Of a stretch of 64,000 nt of DNA, positions 1-12,991 are shown piece after piece; position 1 is the first letter of the stretch, and every line of letters begins with the position of its first letter. The translations under genes and the position numbers were made by a program. The notes under the pieces are model-generated. The model searched no databases. It saw only the letters and a program-made list of their open reading frames with translations, and was not told the origin of the DNA. This DNA comes from Phoronis australis. Lineage: Eukaryota > Animalia > Phoronida. The stretch spans positions 255,757 through 319,756 of the forward strand of contig NMRA01000025.1 of NCBI GenBank assembly GCA_002633005.1. Reading direction: 5' to 3'.

Positions 1-2965
1 TATAATGATTAGTTATCTTTTCAGACATGCTGTAAAAAAGTTGCAGGAAATCCAATGCCTTAACTGCACCAGACCTGTGTAGGCTACATGGTTCGTGCCC
101 ATTGCACAAAACACCTGATTTAGCCACACTGCATGTATAAGCACACATATTCTCACCTGTTTTAGGGTGTACATTTGAAGTTTGGTATAAACAAAGGTTG
201 TAATTTTCATTTTGGAGGGAACAAATAAAGTGGCAATTTTCGAGGTCAACAGCAGCCCCTGCTCAAATACACCGGTGGAGTAGCCCCCTCTCCCCACATG
301 GGACCCCTCATTACATGGGTGCCCAAAGGTCTAGTGATACTTGATCCACAATCGGTAGCCAGTATAGTTATCTCAGACTGAGTTTTTCGTAGGTGCTGTG
401 TTTGGATTATCTATGCACTTCTTTCATTATTAATTATTGTCAATCTAACAAGCCCCCCCCCTGCATTTTGAGAACCAGCTTTATTCACTGAATAAAGGGG
501 CATCAAACTGGTTCTCAAAATCCACGATCCCTTTAAATGACTTGCCAATTATTGATTGGTGTAATACCTCCAAGCACTGTATAAACATGTGTATTGTTAT
601 AGGAACAGTGATCACATTTAAAACTCACGAATGCTCACAATTTCACCCTTGGTCTAATAACATGCCCACTCCACAAGATGCACTTTCTTCTATTCTATTT
701 CAAGTTTCATTGACCTTTTTAATTTTCTTCATCTAGTTTATGTTCTGTTTGTAACCAAATGTAATGTGCACACTTTACAGCATCACAGAAAATGTGGGGA
801 TCAATACAATAAAATAATATAAAGAAAATGAAATACAACAGAAAGCCAACAAAGTTTGAATTCTACAATGAAACTTGGATTTTTTTGTTTTTGCTTGAAT
901 GTGTCAGCTGCTTGTTGCAAAACACATTAAAGCTTTTTACATATCAATTTTCAAATTACCAAATTTTTAACTGCAGCAACCAATGCACCAAATGTAACCA
1001 GGTGACTGATGTACAATTTAAAACAGTCAACAAATGAGATCTAATTGAAAACATTAAATTATCAGTCGAGCAGATAAACTCCTCCACACATCCTCTTTAT
1101 TTTTCTCTCCTGATTTGCAGGTGTCATTTTACAAGGAAAACACATGTCTTTCAATTAAGCAGATAATTGCTCATCACGTTTGTTAAATGATTTAGATAAA
1201 ACTACTTAGGAACCATGCATACACAAGGTGGTTAAAAGTTAAGTGTGCAATCAGTTACAAACAGGTAATAACTTGACAGGTGATGTTTGAAAGAATACAT
1301 TTCCATTCGTTTGTACAGATGTCACTTAAAATGCTAGTGTTTAGACGAAGGTAGTGTGGGTGTGAAATTTCTTCAAAAATTCTGCCCAGCCAGTCACTGG
1401 GTTACATAAAACCTTTCCCAGACTCTCCCAATTGCTACCCCTATTACCTTGGCTAGGAATTTGGTATTCCGCCTGCCAATCAGCTGTTACTGGAGTGTGT
1501 AACACAACTCAAGGACACACCTTCCCAAGTTTTACCACAACAAATTGATACAATTGATTTCTAAATATTAAAACATTGGACTTGTTCATGTCAAGCTTTT
1601 GAAGAACCATCAAGTGAATATGCATGCAATGAAATTATTAAACAAATCTATTTCCAGAGCAGATGTCAACTAGAACTAAAAAGCTAGTTCGGTAGCAAAC
1701 TCCCTACTCACCCTGTATTGACACGGTTAATGACCTTAAACACTTTCTTGTTAGAGAAAATTAGTTCAATTTATCCCAACATTTTCTTGAATCACAGAAC
1801 CTGCACAAGTCACGCAGCCTATTCTTACCTTCCCAGGTCAAAGTGAGCCTAGCAGGATTCAAATTGCCAACATGGAATTATAACAGTGCTAATTTCAGTG
1901 GGAAATGAAAGCCGGCATCCTGTCTCCACTTTGTCACAGCGAATTAGAGTCTGAGAACCAAATGGGTAGAAAAATATCACCAGGGGGCATGGCCAACCAA
2001 CTGCCCTGTGATTAGGAAATCTTACGCCTAATTTGACATGGCATGGGGCACAATGCTGCCTCTGACTGAGAGTTGAGGGGTATTATTATTTATGCATTTG
2101 TGTGTAATAGACTTTTATAGCTGGATTTATGGCATGACCAGGCTGAGGGATGCAGCCAAAAACGAGAATATGATGACACATTTATGGACTCTGGCCAATT
2201 TTATATTTATGACAGTTGATTTTTGGGTAGAAATTATCAGTCAAATACAATGAAAATAAAAAACTTTGTTGGAAACTGACTTTAGCAAAAAAGGAACAAA
2301 GAATAATATTAATTCAGCTTCTCGAGTGTCATGAAATTATCACCCAAGGAATTATTTTTCACATTTTTTACAAAAAAATATAATTCAACAGCCCTCATAT
2401 GAAAGTATTGTAGGAGACTGGGTTTGAAAATCTTTATTTGTGAACTGATGGGGCTAACCTCATTGTAAATATTACATTATTACATAAATAAATGATAAAT
2501 AAATAAAATTAAGAACACAATTAGTTAGGTGTTCTAATAAAAAGTCAAAATCACTGAATGTGCATACCAGTCACGTTATTGATAGTTGTTCTGCAAAGAA
2601 TGTAGCTTTCAGGTTTTCTAAATTTTACTATAAACACATGATCACGTGACCTGATTTACAGCAAATAGGTGAAAAGTGAAAAGTCTAATTCTGCACTCCT
2701 TGTAGTTTCAGCATACACATATATTATACTTTCACACTGAGTAAAATCTAAATAGTTTTGTAGATATTTGGATAAATACACAGACTTGCTTATGAAGTCC
2801 TACATACTCTTAACACAATTAAAAACTGTATAAAGTGGTAATATCTTTTAAGACCAAAGTTATACTGCATTTTAATTTGTAACAACAGCACTTCAAAACG
2901 AACAGTTTATCTCAGGGAAAGTGACAAAAGTCAAATAGTCTTGAAAACTCACCAATTGAAAACTG

Positions 2966-3852
2966 AAGACTGCAGTGAGAAATTCTGACTTTTATTGAGA
3001 TGTCACAAGCAGTAGATTGAATGTAAGAGAGAAAACAACATGACATTTCACCAACCATCCAACTGATAGATGTCAAAACATAGGGATAAAACATAACAAT
3101 ATGCCATTGGCTAAAATTAACCTTTGACCTTTCTAGCAGCAACGGGGAAAGTGGAGAAGGGCTATGTGCACTCATCAGGATGACAATGAACAAAGTTGAC
3201 AAAGTATGCACGCACCCAGTCTAACAAGAGCAACGCGGAGCGTTGAAATGCGCCCACAATTGCACCGCATACGGTATCCTTCTAGGGTTGTTTATTGGTA
3301 CCATAAAGTGGCCAGTAGAGGGCATACTTTGCAAAATGGAAAGGCATGGTCTTTGTCTCCTCAATAGGCTAGGGGCAAAATGTGAGTAATCTTCATAATA
3401 CAAGCACATCCTATACACCAGTTGCTTAAAGCACCACAGAAACATAGAATTAAAAACAAATTTACCAACATACGAGATTAGCACAGCATTAGAATGCCAG
3501 AAACAAATTTCTACTTGGAACTTTTCCTTCATAGTCACGAAGTAACACAAAGTATACACCTGAAGACCTATGAAAATACAGAGGTCAATGTAAAATANAA
3601 GACTGCAGTGAGAAATTCTGACTTTTATTGAGATGTCACAAGCAGTAGATTGAAAGTAAGAGAGAAAACAACATGACATTTCACCAACCATCCAACTGAT
3701 AGATGTCAAAACATAGGGATAAAACATAACAATATGCCATTGGCTAAAATTAACCTTTGACCTTTCTAGCAGCAACGGGGAAAGTGGAGAAGGGCTCTGT
3801 GCACTCATCAGGATGACAATGAACAAAGTTGACGAAGTATGCACGCACCCAG
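2966..3852. repeat. Near-identical direct duplication (2966-3220 vs 3599-3852) across a single-N join
   Basis: About 255 bp with only a few substitutions; the junction coincides with the N at 3598. Confidence 0.9.
3224..3597 (-). mobile_element. Second, truncated copy of the same HINE-like element
   Basis: Near-identical to 19833-20220; cut off at the single N at 3598. Confidence 0.8.
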
Positions 3853-4051
3853 TTTAAAAATAGGGGTGCTTGAATTTTTGAGAATTTGGACCTTTTGCTA
3901 AGAAAAATGGGAACGCGTGAATTATGCATTCGTCGAATTTTGGTAGTTACTGTCTTTTTAGTGGACTTTTGTCTCGTTATCTACCTTTTTGGACTTTTTG
4001 TTTCTCTAAGGCGGACCTTTTTGGCCACTTCGCCAAATGGGTGCGCACATG
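3838..4051. mobile_element. MITE, CATGCGCGCACCCAG-TIR family, copy 1
   Basis: Ends TATGCACGCACCCAG and TGGGTGCGCACATG. 5-bp TSD CGAAG (CAAAG in the duplicate at 3200-3204) and CAAAG. Confidence 0.7.
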
Positions 4052-4587
4052 CAAAGTTACTACTTGTCCTTAATTTCAGTTTTCATCAAGGATTTACCTT
4101 TGACAGAATTCAGGATGCACGTTTTACGCACTGTGAACCAAACCTTCATTAGAACATTGATGAATTTTTTGAAAATATGTCATAGGTACCATTAACAGCG
4201 ATTTGTAACTTCAGATCAAATTGCACACAGTTTGCAATACCTCTTATTTCGTGGTGATTTGTGACAACTGAGCAAAGCTACTGGGAGTTCCAGATGCATG
4301 ACTTTTTAACTTTGAAATTAGGATCTTTAGTTAGCACCCATGCATACAAGATAACAACACAAACACAGGCCTGATGAACAAGTAATTTGATTTCATATTG
4401 CTTTATAAATACATCCTGATTGGGTGATGGAGATGCCAAGATTAATATGTCATTCATCGTGACAGCTATTTCCTGGTGTACTTATAATTGTGAAGTAGAT
4501 TTCCCATAATTTAGTCATTAAAATAACTATTCAAAATTAATTGACACCACAGAGGACATGTTATGACCAGAGTAGGTGAAGTGCATT

Positions 4588-4629
4588 CTATACCCCATTG
4601 GTAGAACACTATACCCCATTGGTAGAACA
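4588..4629. repeat. 21-bp tandem duplication (CTATACCCCATTGGTAGAACA x2)
   Basis: Read directly from the sequence. Confidence 0.9.
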
Positions 4630-6224
4630 CATGTTTGCCAACTCAAGCTTCAAGAACAAATATGAATATATGAAATGGAATGACAAGTTCAATTGTCCCA
4701 TTGTTTCAACATGTTTCAAAATTGCATTGTATCTGAGTAATGTCATTGAAATAAGTGCAAAGCTCTTTCCGGGTTGTCCTCATCCCAAACTACCCTCTTA
4801 AATCAAAAGTTTAAAATCTCAAATACTGCATAATTGTAAGATAGCAACCAGAATCAACAGACACCATTGCAACTCAGCAGTTGGTCTATGACTTTAGGTC
4901 TCTGGAGTTCCCAAAGTTTTATAGTCCTGACAGTGTTTAGTTGGAAGGTTTGTCAGTCCCTGACTAACTTGTTGACTTTTTGGAATATGAACCAGTCCTT
5001 CATCATGAAACATACAGATTTTCCCAAGTGTGCTACAGAAGGAAGAAGCCCGGCACACTAGACTCAGAGCGATAATGAAGTGAGCCACTGTTATTGTGTC
5101 ATTGCAAAGTTTACTCTTAAAATTCCTCATAAAAGACAGGCAATTTTGAAAACTCAACAGAATCAGCTGAAATTTGTTCATTATTGCAATATCTCACACA
5201 CAGTTTATACTGAGATTCGTTCAAAAATTGTGTCAGGTGTCATATGTCTTAACCACTTGCCAAAAACATTTGAAACTTGTCAAATTCACAAAACATTCAA
5301 CTTACCAAGTGACTTCTTCTGAACAGTTGATTAGTACAGCTGACTGGTCTGCCGGCAGTGCAACGTACGTGCCCTATGCGAACACAGGCAAAACCAGATG
5401 AGGAACTTACAAGATTAATGTTTTGTGGTGGAGTCCAGAAATGACACTGACAGTCCAGGTGTGTTCATATGACACAGTGATGTCTCATTAATCAGGATGC
5501 GATCAGATATGGTTCTGCTAGTTTACCACCTTTTATGCAAATCGCATTGATCTCACGACCTACTTTGCCTGTAAAAAGCTATTCCAATCTCAGAGTACTG
5601 TGGTAGTCAAAATGTAACACACGAGGTCTCAGTTTCCTTCAGCTAAAACATCCGAAATTTCTCTTCTCAAATACTTCACACAGTTCAATGGATCAAAACA
5701 CTCAGGACAAATCACATGACAACCATCTCTCTTCTCAGAATCCGATTGCCTTGATTGCCTTAGCTACAGCCTCCACAGAATATGGTTCCACTTGTTCAGC
5801 CTGACTAATACAGTCTCCAAAGGTAGGAAGAAAAATAAACAGTGCATTATTTGCCAATTTACTTAACCCTAATTTAAAACCCAACAAAGCACCACACAGG
5901 TGAAAGCCCCAATACACATTCATACACAAACCTAGTGGAGTATGAAAACACTCAGACTGACAGGCTTTCTTTGAGTATTAACTCACACAAAAGATGAGAC
6001 ATTGAAATTCTTCACATACCCTCAGTTTACAGCTTGGAGTCAGTTAGGTGTGTAGAGTGTATTTTATGCACCATTAGCTTTCCTATATTTATATCTATTA
6101 CTTTGATAAAATGACAAGTATGTAATACAGCAACAGAGATGGTCAAAGTATGTTGTAATAGAAGCACCTATAAAAGTGAGACCCCACTTGAGATATACTG
6201 TACAAGTCATAGATGAGACTCTAA

Positions 6225-6651
6225 AGAGCCCTCCACACACAGACTTACCCTAGAACAAGATACCCCTGGAACGAGTTCTCGCTAAATTTGGAGGGAATGT
6301 GGACGTTATTTAAATTAGCGCAACTTACCCCACTTGTGACAACTTACTCCACATTATTGAGGTAGGGTAACTTGTTCTAGGGCAACCTGCGCCACTTATA
6401 ATTGCTGTGTGGCAGCAAAAGTGGGGTAGGACGGAGGTAATGATTAGCTGCGGTTACATACACACCGGTTTTCTCTTGCGCACCATGTTAGCATCATATA
6501 GGTGTTCAGTGTCACACATAGAGCGCCAACATCAGCCTTACCCCAGTTATTGAATATGTGTGTGTGTGTGTGATTGGAGGCTCCACTCAAAAGTGGGGTA
6601 AGTTCCACTAATGCAAGTTGTTCTAGGGTCGGGCTGTATGTGGACTGGACT
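6225..6651. mobile_element. Harbinger-like MITE (TCCACACACAG..ACCCTAGAACAA TIR), copy 1
   Basis: ~35-bp imperfect TIRs; inverted homolog of 9246-9611. Confidence 0.7.
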
Positions 6652-8520
6652 TATGTAAGCCACCATGGGTTGTGTTCCATGAAAAGTGACTTAAGATTTA
6701 AGTAGAAAATTTGGTATGATGCTCCACATAATTATACCCGCAAAAATAATTTAATCTCACTTGAGAAAAAGTGCAGGCTTTGAGAGTATACATATATCTC
6801 TTATTTCTGAGATAATTTGTATAAATTATTGTTAGATTGTGGTGAGATCATAATTGCTGGGGCAAAACATTTTCTGCATTTGTAAAGTGGGGATGTATGA
6901 CCCAATTTGTATGACCCAATTTCTGTTTAAGTCATCGGTCACTTTTAAGCAACAGTCATCTTCTCTTACCTTTTTACAGGAAATACACTCCAGTCTGATG
7001 TCAGAATATAGTTTTCTGAAATCGCTAGTTGGCACGTTTTTATTTCCATGAAAAATACTGATGTTTGCAACATGTCAGGAAAACTGTTGACATTAATTTT
7101 GCATTAAAATATCAATGGTGTGCACCAAAACAAAATCAACAGGAATAATTGCACTGCTGCAGAATTGGATAACAGCTTGGCACTGTGTTGTCAATTCCCA
7201 TGTCCTACATTAACACTCCTCTTCAGCAAAGAGAAGTAAAGAAATATATTGCGTGATTGACTTAGGTTGGGAACTTAAAGATAGCTGAGGCTGCAATCTT
7301 GCACCTCTGAGCCAGGTCTGACAAGTGCAGGTCGATTTATCACGCCAAACTCAACTTTTCAATTTTTTTCTGTCTGCCTTGCAACTTGAGGTGTACCAGT
7401 AAAACTTTATTAGCATCCGAATGGCGACTGACAAACTAATTTTAATGCATAATAGTGATCAGCATAGCAGCACTAAACAATAGTGTGGTAAGCCAGCCTA
7501 CAGATGTGTAGCATTGTGGATAAATACACCAGAATCAGAGGGTGCTGTGGTAATTACGGGAACAGGTCATTTGTTACGGCACCAGAATATCTAGTTTAAG
7601 TTGCTCTTAAAGCTGCATTTCAGCCTGTTTTGATAGCTAACCCACGGGAAACTAGGGCGCAAGCTCGTTGCACAGATATCGGTAGATAGGCGTATCTTTT
7701 GTTCACTTTCTTTTTCTTTCTTATAATAAGGATAATGGTAAGCATTTATCGGTAACTGGCTGATGGGCGCCCAAGATACGATATCCGTTCAACCTGTATC
7801 ATTATATCCAACAAAGATGAAAGAAAGGAAAACAATGGTAGCCTCCCATGGGCGATAACCATGCGACGCTCTTACGCGTGTTTCATGGATCTCGCAAGTT
7901 AAACAATAGCTTGCAAAATCCATACGACACCATTGGGCAACAAAAACGTAATGGGCCATTTACTGTCATAAAATCACCAGTCACTCAAGAAAATATTTGA
8001 GCTTATTGGGGTTGACCAACACCCAAATTGCAAATTTGAAAATGGTGCACGAAGACATTGCTTTTGACTTGTGGTCATAATGGAAATGGAATCCTATCAT
8101 GATAATGAATGTTATAAAACCGATGAGAGTAAATGACTTGATTCAATTTTTGTTTTAGCCAGTTATCTAACAGAATGAAATGAAGCTATAGGCTACCTTT
8201 AATTTAGACCACTTACCTTACGAAATTGGTTTCATTTTGTTCCTTACTTGAATTAGAAGTGATTTTTGCGCGTCTGTTACTGGTTCAGACCACCCTCAGC
8301 AGCACCATTTGCAATGTTTGAAGTTCTGAACTATGAACTTCCATGACCACATTTCACTTCTCATGTATGTAAGGCACATGTTGAAATCAAATTTAAGTGT
8401 TAGGTGGTCAAAATTAAAAGTTTGTAATTAACTTTTGATTTGGTCTGAACTGTTCCTAACTCAGGTAAGAGAGTTCTTGTGAGAAGAACGAAAGTTAGTT
8501 CTTAGTGCTTCAGATACCAA

Positions 8521-8761
8521 GGGTGCATTCTGTAGATACGTGAAACTTGCAAAAATGCAAAATCACGCAAGACCACAGAAAATCCTTATAGCGCAAGCGG
8601 AGTGTTAAACGTGTATACTCGAGACCTTGCCCGCACAATATGGCGTTCATTGAAATGACTGGTTTACGAAGTTGTAATGATGAATTCTGGGATAGAATTT
8701 GTCGTTTCCTTTCTATAAGCGAAGATTTCTCACTTTAAGTGCTTTCTAACGGAATGCACAC
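8521..8761. mobile_element. Small MITE with GGGTGCATTC termini
   Basis: gggtgcattctgtaga ... tctaacggaatgcacac. Confidence 0.45.
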
Positions 8762-9245
8762 AGAGTGAAGAAGCTAGCTTTAAACAACTAATCATTTTAT
8801 AGGACAAGCACAGTATCCAACAGTATTGCCAATAATTTGAAAGCCAATAAATCCCTTTTCATCGAAACATGCCAACACCAGATTGTAGAACAGAATATTG
8901 GTCTCAATCGAAGCTTATTGTTTTTGACAAAAGGTGTGCTCATCAAATATGTTCAAGACTAAAGCAGCATTAATCTTTCCTTCTATCACAAAAAATTGAT
9001 TCAGACCAATTGCCATAGTGAAATTGGTCTCGAATGTTTTCTAAATCAAACTGGAAATGACTTCAAGACTTTGAACGAACTGCAAGTTTATTATTGCTCC
9101 AGATGAGAGGTCTGTTTTATGAAAGTGACTTAGACTTAAGACAGAAATTTCGTCTAGCGCTCAACGTAACTATGTCTGAAAAATATCTGAAACTAACTTT
9201 AGAAAAGAATAAAGTATCTGAGAATATGCCCATTACTGTTACTTG

Positions 9246-9611
9246 AGTCCCATCCACACACAGCCTACCCTAGAACAATTTCCACTAGTGCAACTTACCC
9301 CACTTTTTAAGTGGACCGTCCAAACCCACATATTCGATAACTAGGGTTAAAGGTGCAACTTGTCGCTCTGTGGTGACAATGAACACCTAATGCGAGTACA
9401 GCACGCAAAAGAAATCCCCATATGTATATAACCGCAGCCGATAATCACTTTCGCCTTGCCCCAGGTTTGCCATCACCCAGGCGCAAGTTACCCTACCTCG
9501 ATAAGGTAGAGTAAGTTGCACTAGTTTAAATAGCGTCTACACAGACTGCAAAAGCAACAACTTGTTCCAGGAGTAACTTGTTCTAGGGTAAGTCTGTGGG
9601 TGGACAGCACT
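9246..9611. mobile_element. Harbinger-like MITE copy 2, nested in an older element
   Basis: Same TIRs with a 3-bp TSD TTG/TTG. It splits an element (9108-9740) that is homologous to 6667-6935 and 37193-37446. Confidence 0.75.
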
Positions 9612-11811
9612 TTGCTGAGAAAATTTGTACAAGTTATTTTCAGGTAGTGACATGACTAAGCCTTTATTTGACAACTATGAAGTGGGACTGTCTGACCAAA
9701 TTTCTGTCTTTTAAGATTTAAAAGTCTTAAGCCACTCCAGGCTCAACAAGATGGCTCACCAAGATGGCTCATCATGACATGTCATTTTCAACTCTAAGCA
9801 CGGTCTAACCATCAGTTCTTTGCAAACCCAGACATTACTTCCTATATGAGCTATCTGAGCTAACCAATCAGCTAAGACCAACTTTTGCGCTAAGTGGTCT
9901 CAATCAAAAGCTCCCTTCTTGCACAGAATGTTGGTTTATACCCACTTTGTGTTGTCATATGAAGGGAGCATTAGTCACCAAAACATAAAACATTTTTATT
10001 TTCTCAGACAATTCAAAGAATGTAAGAACACAGATTGTATAAAAACATGGCCCGACCTTCCAAATTACATTTCCATCAAATTGTCAGTTGCAGTTAGTTC
10101 TTAATTTGCACATCAACAATGCATTAGACAATTGTCAATAATTTAAATGATCGTTGAGTAGCGCTGAATTGCCAAAGATTAGTCATTCGTTAAGGCATCT
10201 AACTTTTCAATATGTATAATTTACTGAGAGCAAAGCCACTACTGAACATTGATTACAAAATGCAGTGATTAGTAATTACATTCTTACTGACTAACGATCA
10301 TAATCAATATAAACAAAATGCCATTTGGAGTCCGCTGACTAGGAACACAACTCGGACAAGAAACTGGGTGAAGTAAACGGCAAGACAATTTAAACGCAGC
10401 GCAAAATTCAAATTCAACATGAAGCCAACTCATTGTCATTGAGAGCATCTCAGAACATTCTGGGTGACAGTATATTAGTTTTTAAAATTCATCAACTGCA
10501 TTTCTATGACAAACGGAGATGTACAAGGAGAACACAATGTTATGGGTGACAATGAATACTATTTTGTTTAATCTACTGTTACAAAAATGATCAATGTTCA
10601 GCAGTTGACAAGTGAAAAGAGCATTTGTGCAGGCATTGCCAACTAATAACGAGAAAGAAAGGTCACAAAGCAATCACAATCCAATTTTGTGTCAATTTTA
10701 CCGCGATAATGGTGAGGACGTTTAAAAACAAGAATTTACAAAATTAATCATGTGAATTCATGACAGATGACAACGGATATATCCTATCCATATAACATTA
10801 TTCATTTTTAATCCAGCAGTTACAAGAGAAGTCTGTACCAGGACAAGTGGCACGTTACTGTTATGCATTAATGCAGCCATCTGTCATGACTGGCTCCAAG
10901 CCCAGGCTCAGTGCTTGCAAGTGTAATGACTGCTAGGTGAATGATCATCAATCAGTTACAGTAAGGACTAATAGAGTAATGAAATAGTTAAAAACATATT
11001 CAATTTCATACAAAATGAAATTCAACTTTTCAGTGGATGACTCCAGATGTTACCACTGCTCAAAATTTCAGTACCCTAGGCTGTTTCATATCAGGATGCT
11101 ACACTCAGTAAACAAAAGGAAAATTTCTTGAGTATGTTGAAGTTAAAAAATTTGACAAAATTAAAATTAATTCACTAGTCACATTGCATAAAAATGACAC
11201 AAATGTGTAAAATAGCACAAACACTTTCAGTCTATAAACTTTCAACCCTTACAGCACTGTTGTCATTCAGACACATCCCGGACCCCATATTCCCAGCCCA
11301 GTTTCCGAAGCCTTGCCCACTGTTTGCCAGTAACCCTCATTTCCAATCTTAATGGTCATTCCACTCAATATTTCAGAGTCTGATGTTCTCCCAACCTGAT
11401 GCTAAAGTTGAAGACAAATTGAGTGAGCATTGTTAAATAGTGACATGTAGTATGATCTACCTAATTATATGGATCCACGTGACACAGGCTGTTGATGAAA
11501 TTTCTACCAAATGTGTGGGTTTTTAAACCTAGAAATTAGCATTTTGGAATGGCATTTTTCAAGAAAAAATTATTGTATCACAGGTATTTATTGGTTTTAA
11601 CTAAAGAACAAAGTCACCCTGAAAAACTGACAAAGATCTAGTAACAAAAATAATTCACAAATTACCAGGCATGTTTGCAGACAAGCCCACAGCATATATT
11701 CCGTCGAAGGCACTTTCAATAGTCGGTAAAAGTCAAATATATACCCAGGCATGTATTCGGCAGAGTTGAAAACCTACTGGGTGTATCAATAACTTGTAGC
11801 TGATGCTTTAA

Positions 11812-12297
11812 GTTGTGCAGGACCTTTATCAACTTGTCAGTATATTTAGCCAAAAATCTACAAAACTATAATAGATTTTAACTCAGTAAAAGTATATATT
11901 CTCTGAAAGTAGAAAGCCTGTAAAATGTGATATTTGACTTCATACCAATATGACATTAATTGGTTCACAAAACCTTTTTTATAAAAGTTAGCAAAAAAGA
12001 AAGGTACATCCATACCGAAACAAAGGTAACGTTAACATTACCAAATTTCGTTTCACATCAATATTCAAGATGATATCATAAAAACGGTGTTACAGTTTTC
12101 TAAAGTAGTTCATTTTTGTTTTATGCAACTTTTTTTCATAAAATCGTAAAAGCCATATTTATAGCCCCTCATGCAAAAGTGGAAATTTTTAAAAACAATT
12201 CGTAATAGCATTTTGAAGAACAGTTCACAGAACACAGTATCTGATGTTCCAAATTTTGCCAAACTTGGCGGCCATTTTTCGAGGGTCCTGCATAGCC
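11812..12297. mobile_element. TTAA-flanked (Kolobok-like) MITE
   Basis: ttaa|gttgtgcaggacc ... ggtcctgcatagcc|ttaa. Confidence 0.55.
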
Positions 12298-12985
12298 TTA
12301 AATGAAAAATTCCGAGAATATTCTCAATAAAAGACAAAAATATGAACGATATGATTAATCAAACATCGTATTAAAGGGCAGTCAAAATTTCCTTTTTGGG
12401 TCCTATTTCCTGTGTCCAGTCATCCACATTTCCTCAAATATGCACCATGAGGGCACTTTCCTTAGCAAAAAGAAATCATATTAAGTGAAAAATTGCACAA
12501 TAGTTGATGAGCAGTGACCAGTCTCTATGTTAGTGCTGCCACCTGGGGGCAAATTTTATTAAATTTGTCTTCTTGAAAGTTGATAACTTCATGCTAGTGT
12601 AGAATTATTAAACTGGCGTGAAATTTGAATTTGCAGTTTTGTACAATCCAAGGTCCCAATAAACAATTTACCACACTGACCCCAAACAACAATAAAACTA
12701 AAACTATTATAAGAATATGTGAATACTCATCAATGTTAAGCACACACACATGCGAGATGTATTATAATTACAAGATTTCTCGATTAAATCCAGGATTTTT
12801 GTTACCACTTGTAAATTCAGTAATACTGGAATGATATATAATCTGTTATCATTACCCATTAAGTCTACCCATTTTGAAATTTTGTACTTACATGTATTGC
12901 AATTTTCTACAGAAAATTGTTAGAATAACAAATAAATTATTAAAATAACAAATAAATAAATAAAACTGCCTGACTACCATCCTTT

Positions 12986-12991
12986 TTTATT
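12986..12991 (-). terminator. Candidate distal ADPRS polyadenylation signal
   Basis: AATAAA on the minus strand followed by a long U-rich tract (12925-12965). Other candidates lie at 14894-14899 and 13972-13977. Confidence 0.3.

Noticed and set aside
2912-3844. Paralogous-looking 99 aa and 207 aa ORFs
   Set aside because: They arise from the duplicated segment plus repeat sequence across an N, and show no protein features.
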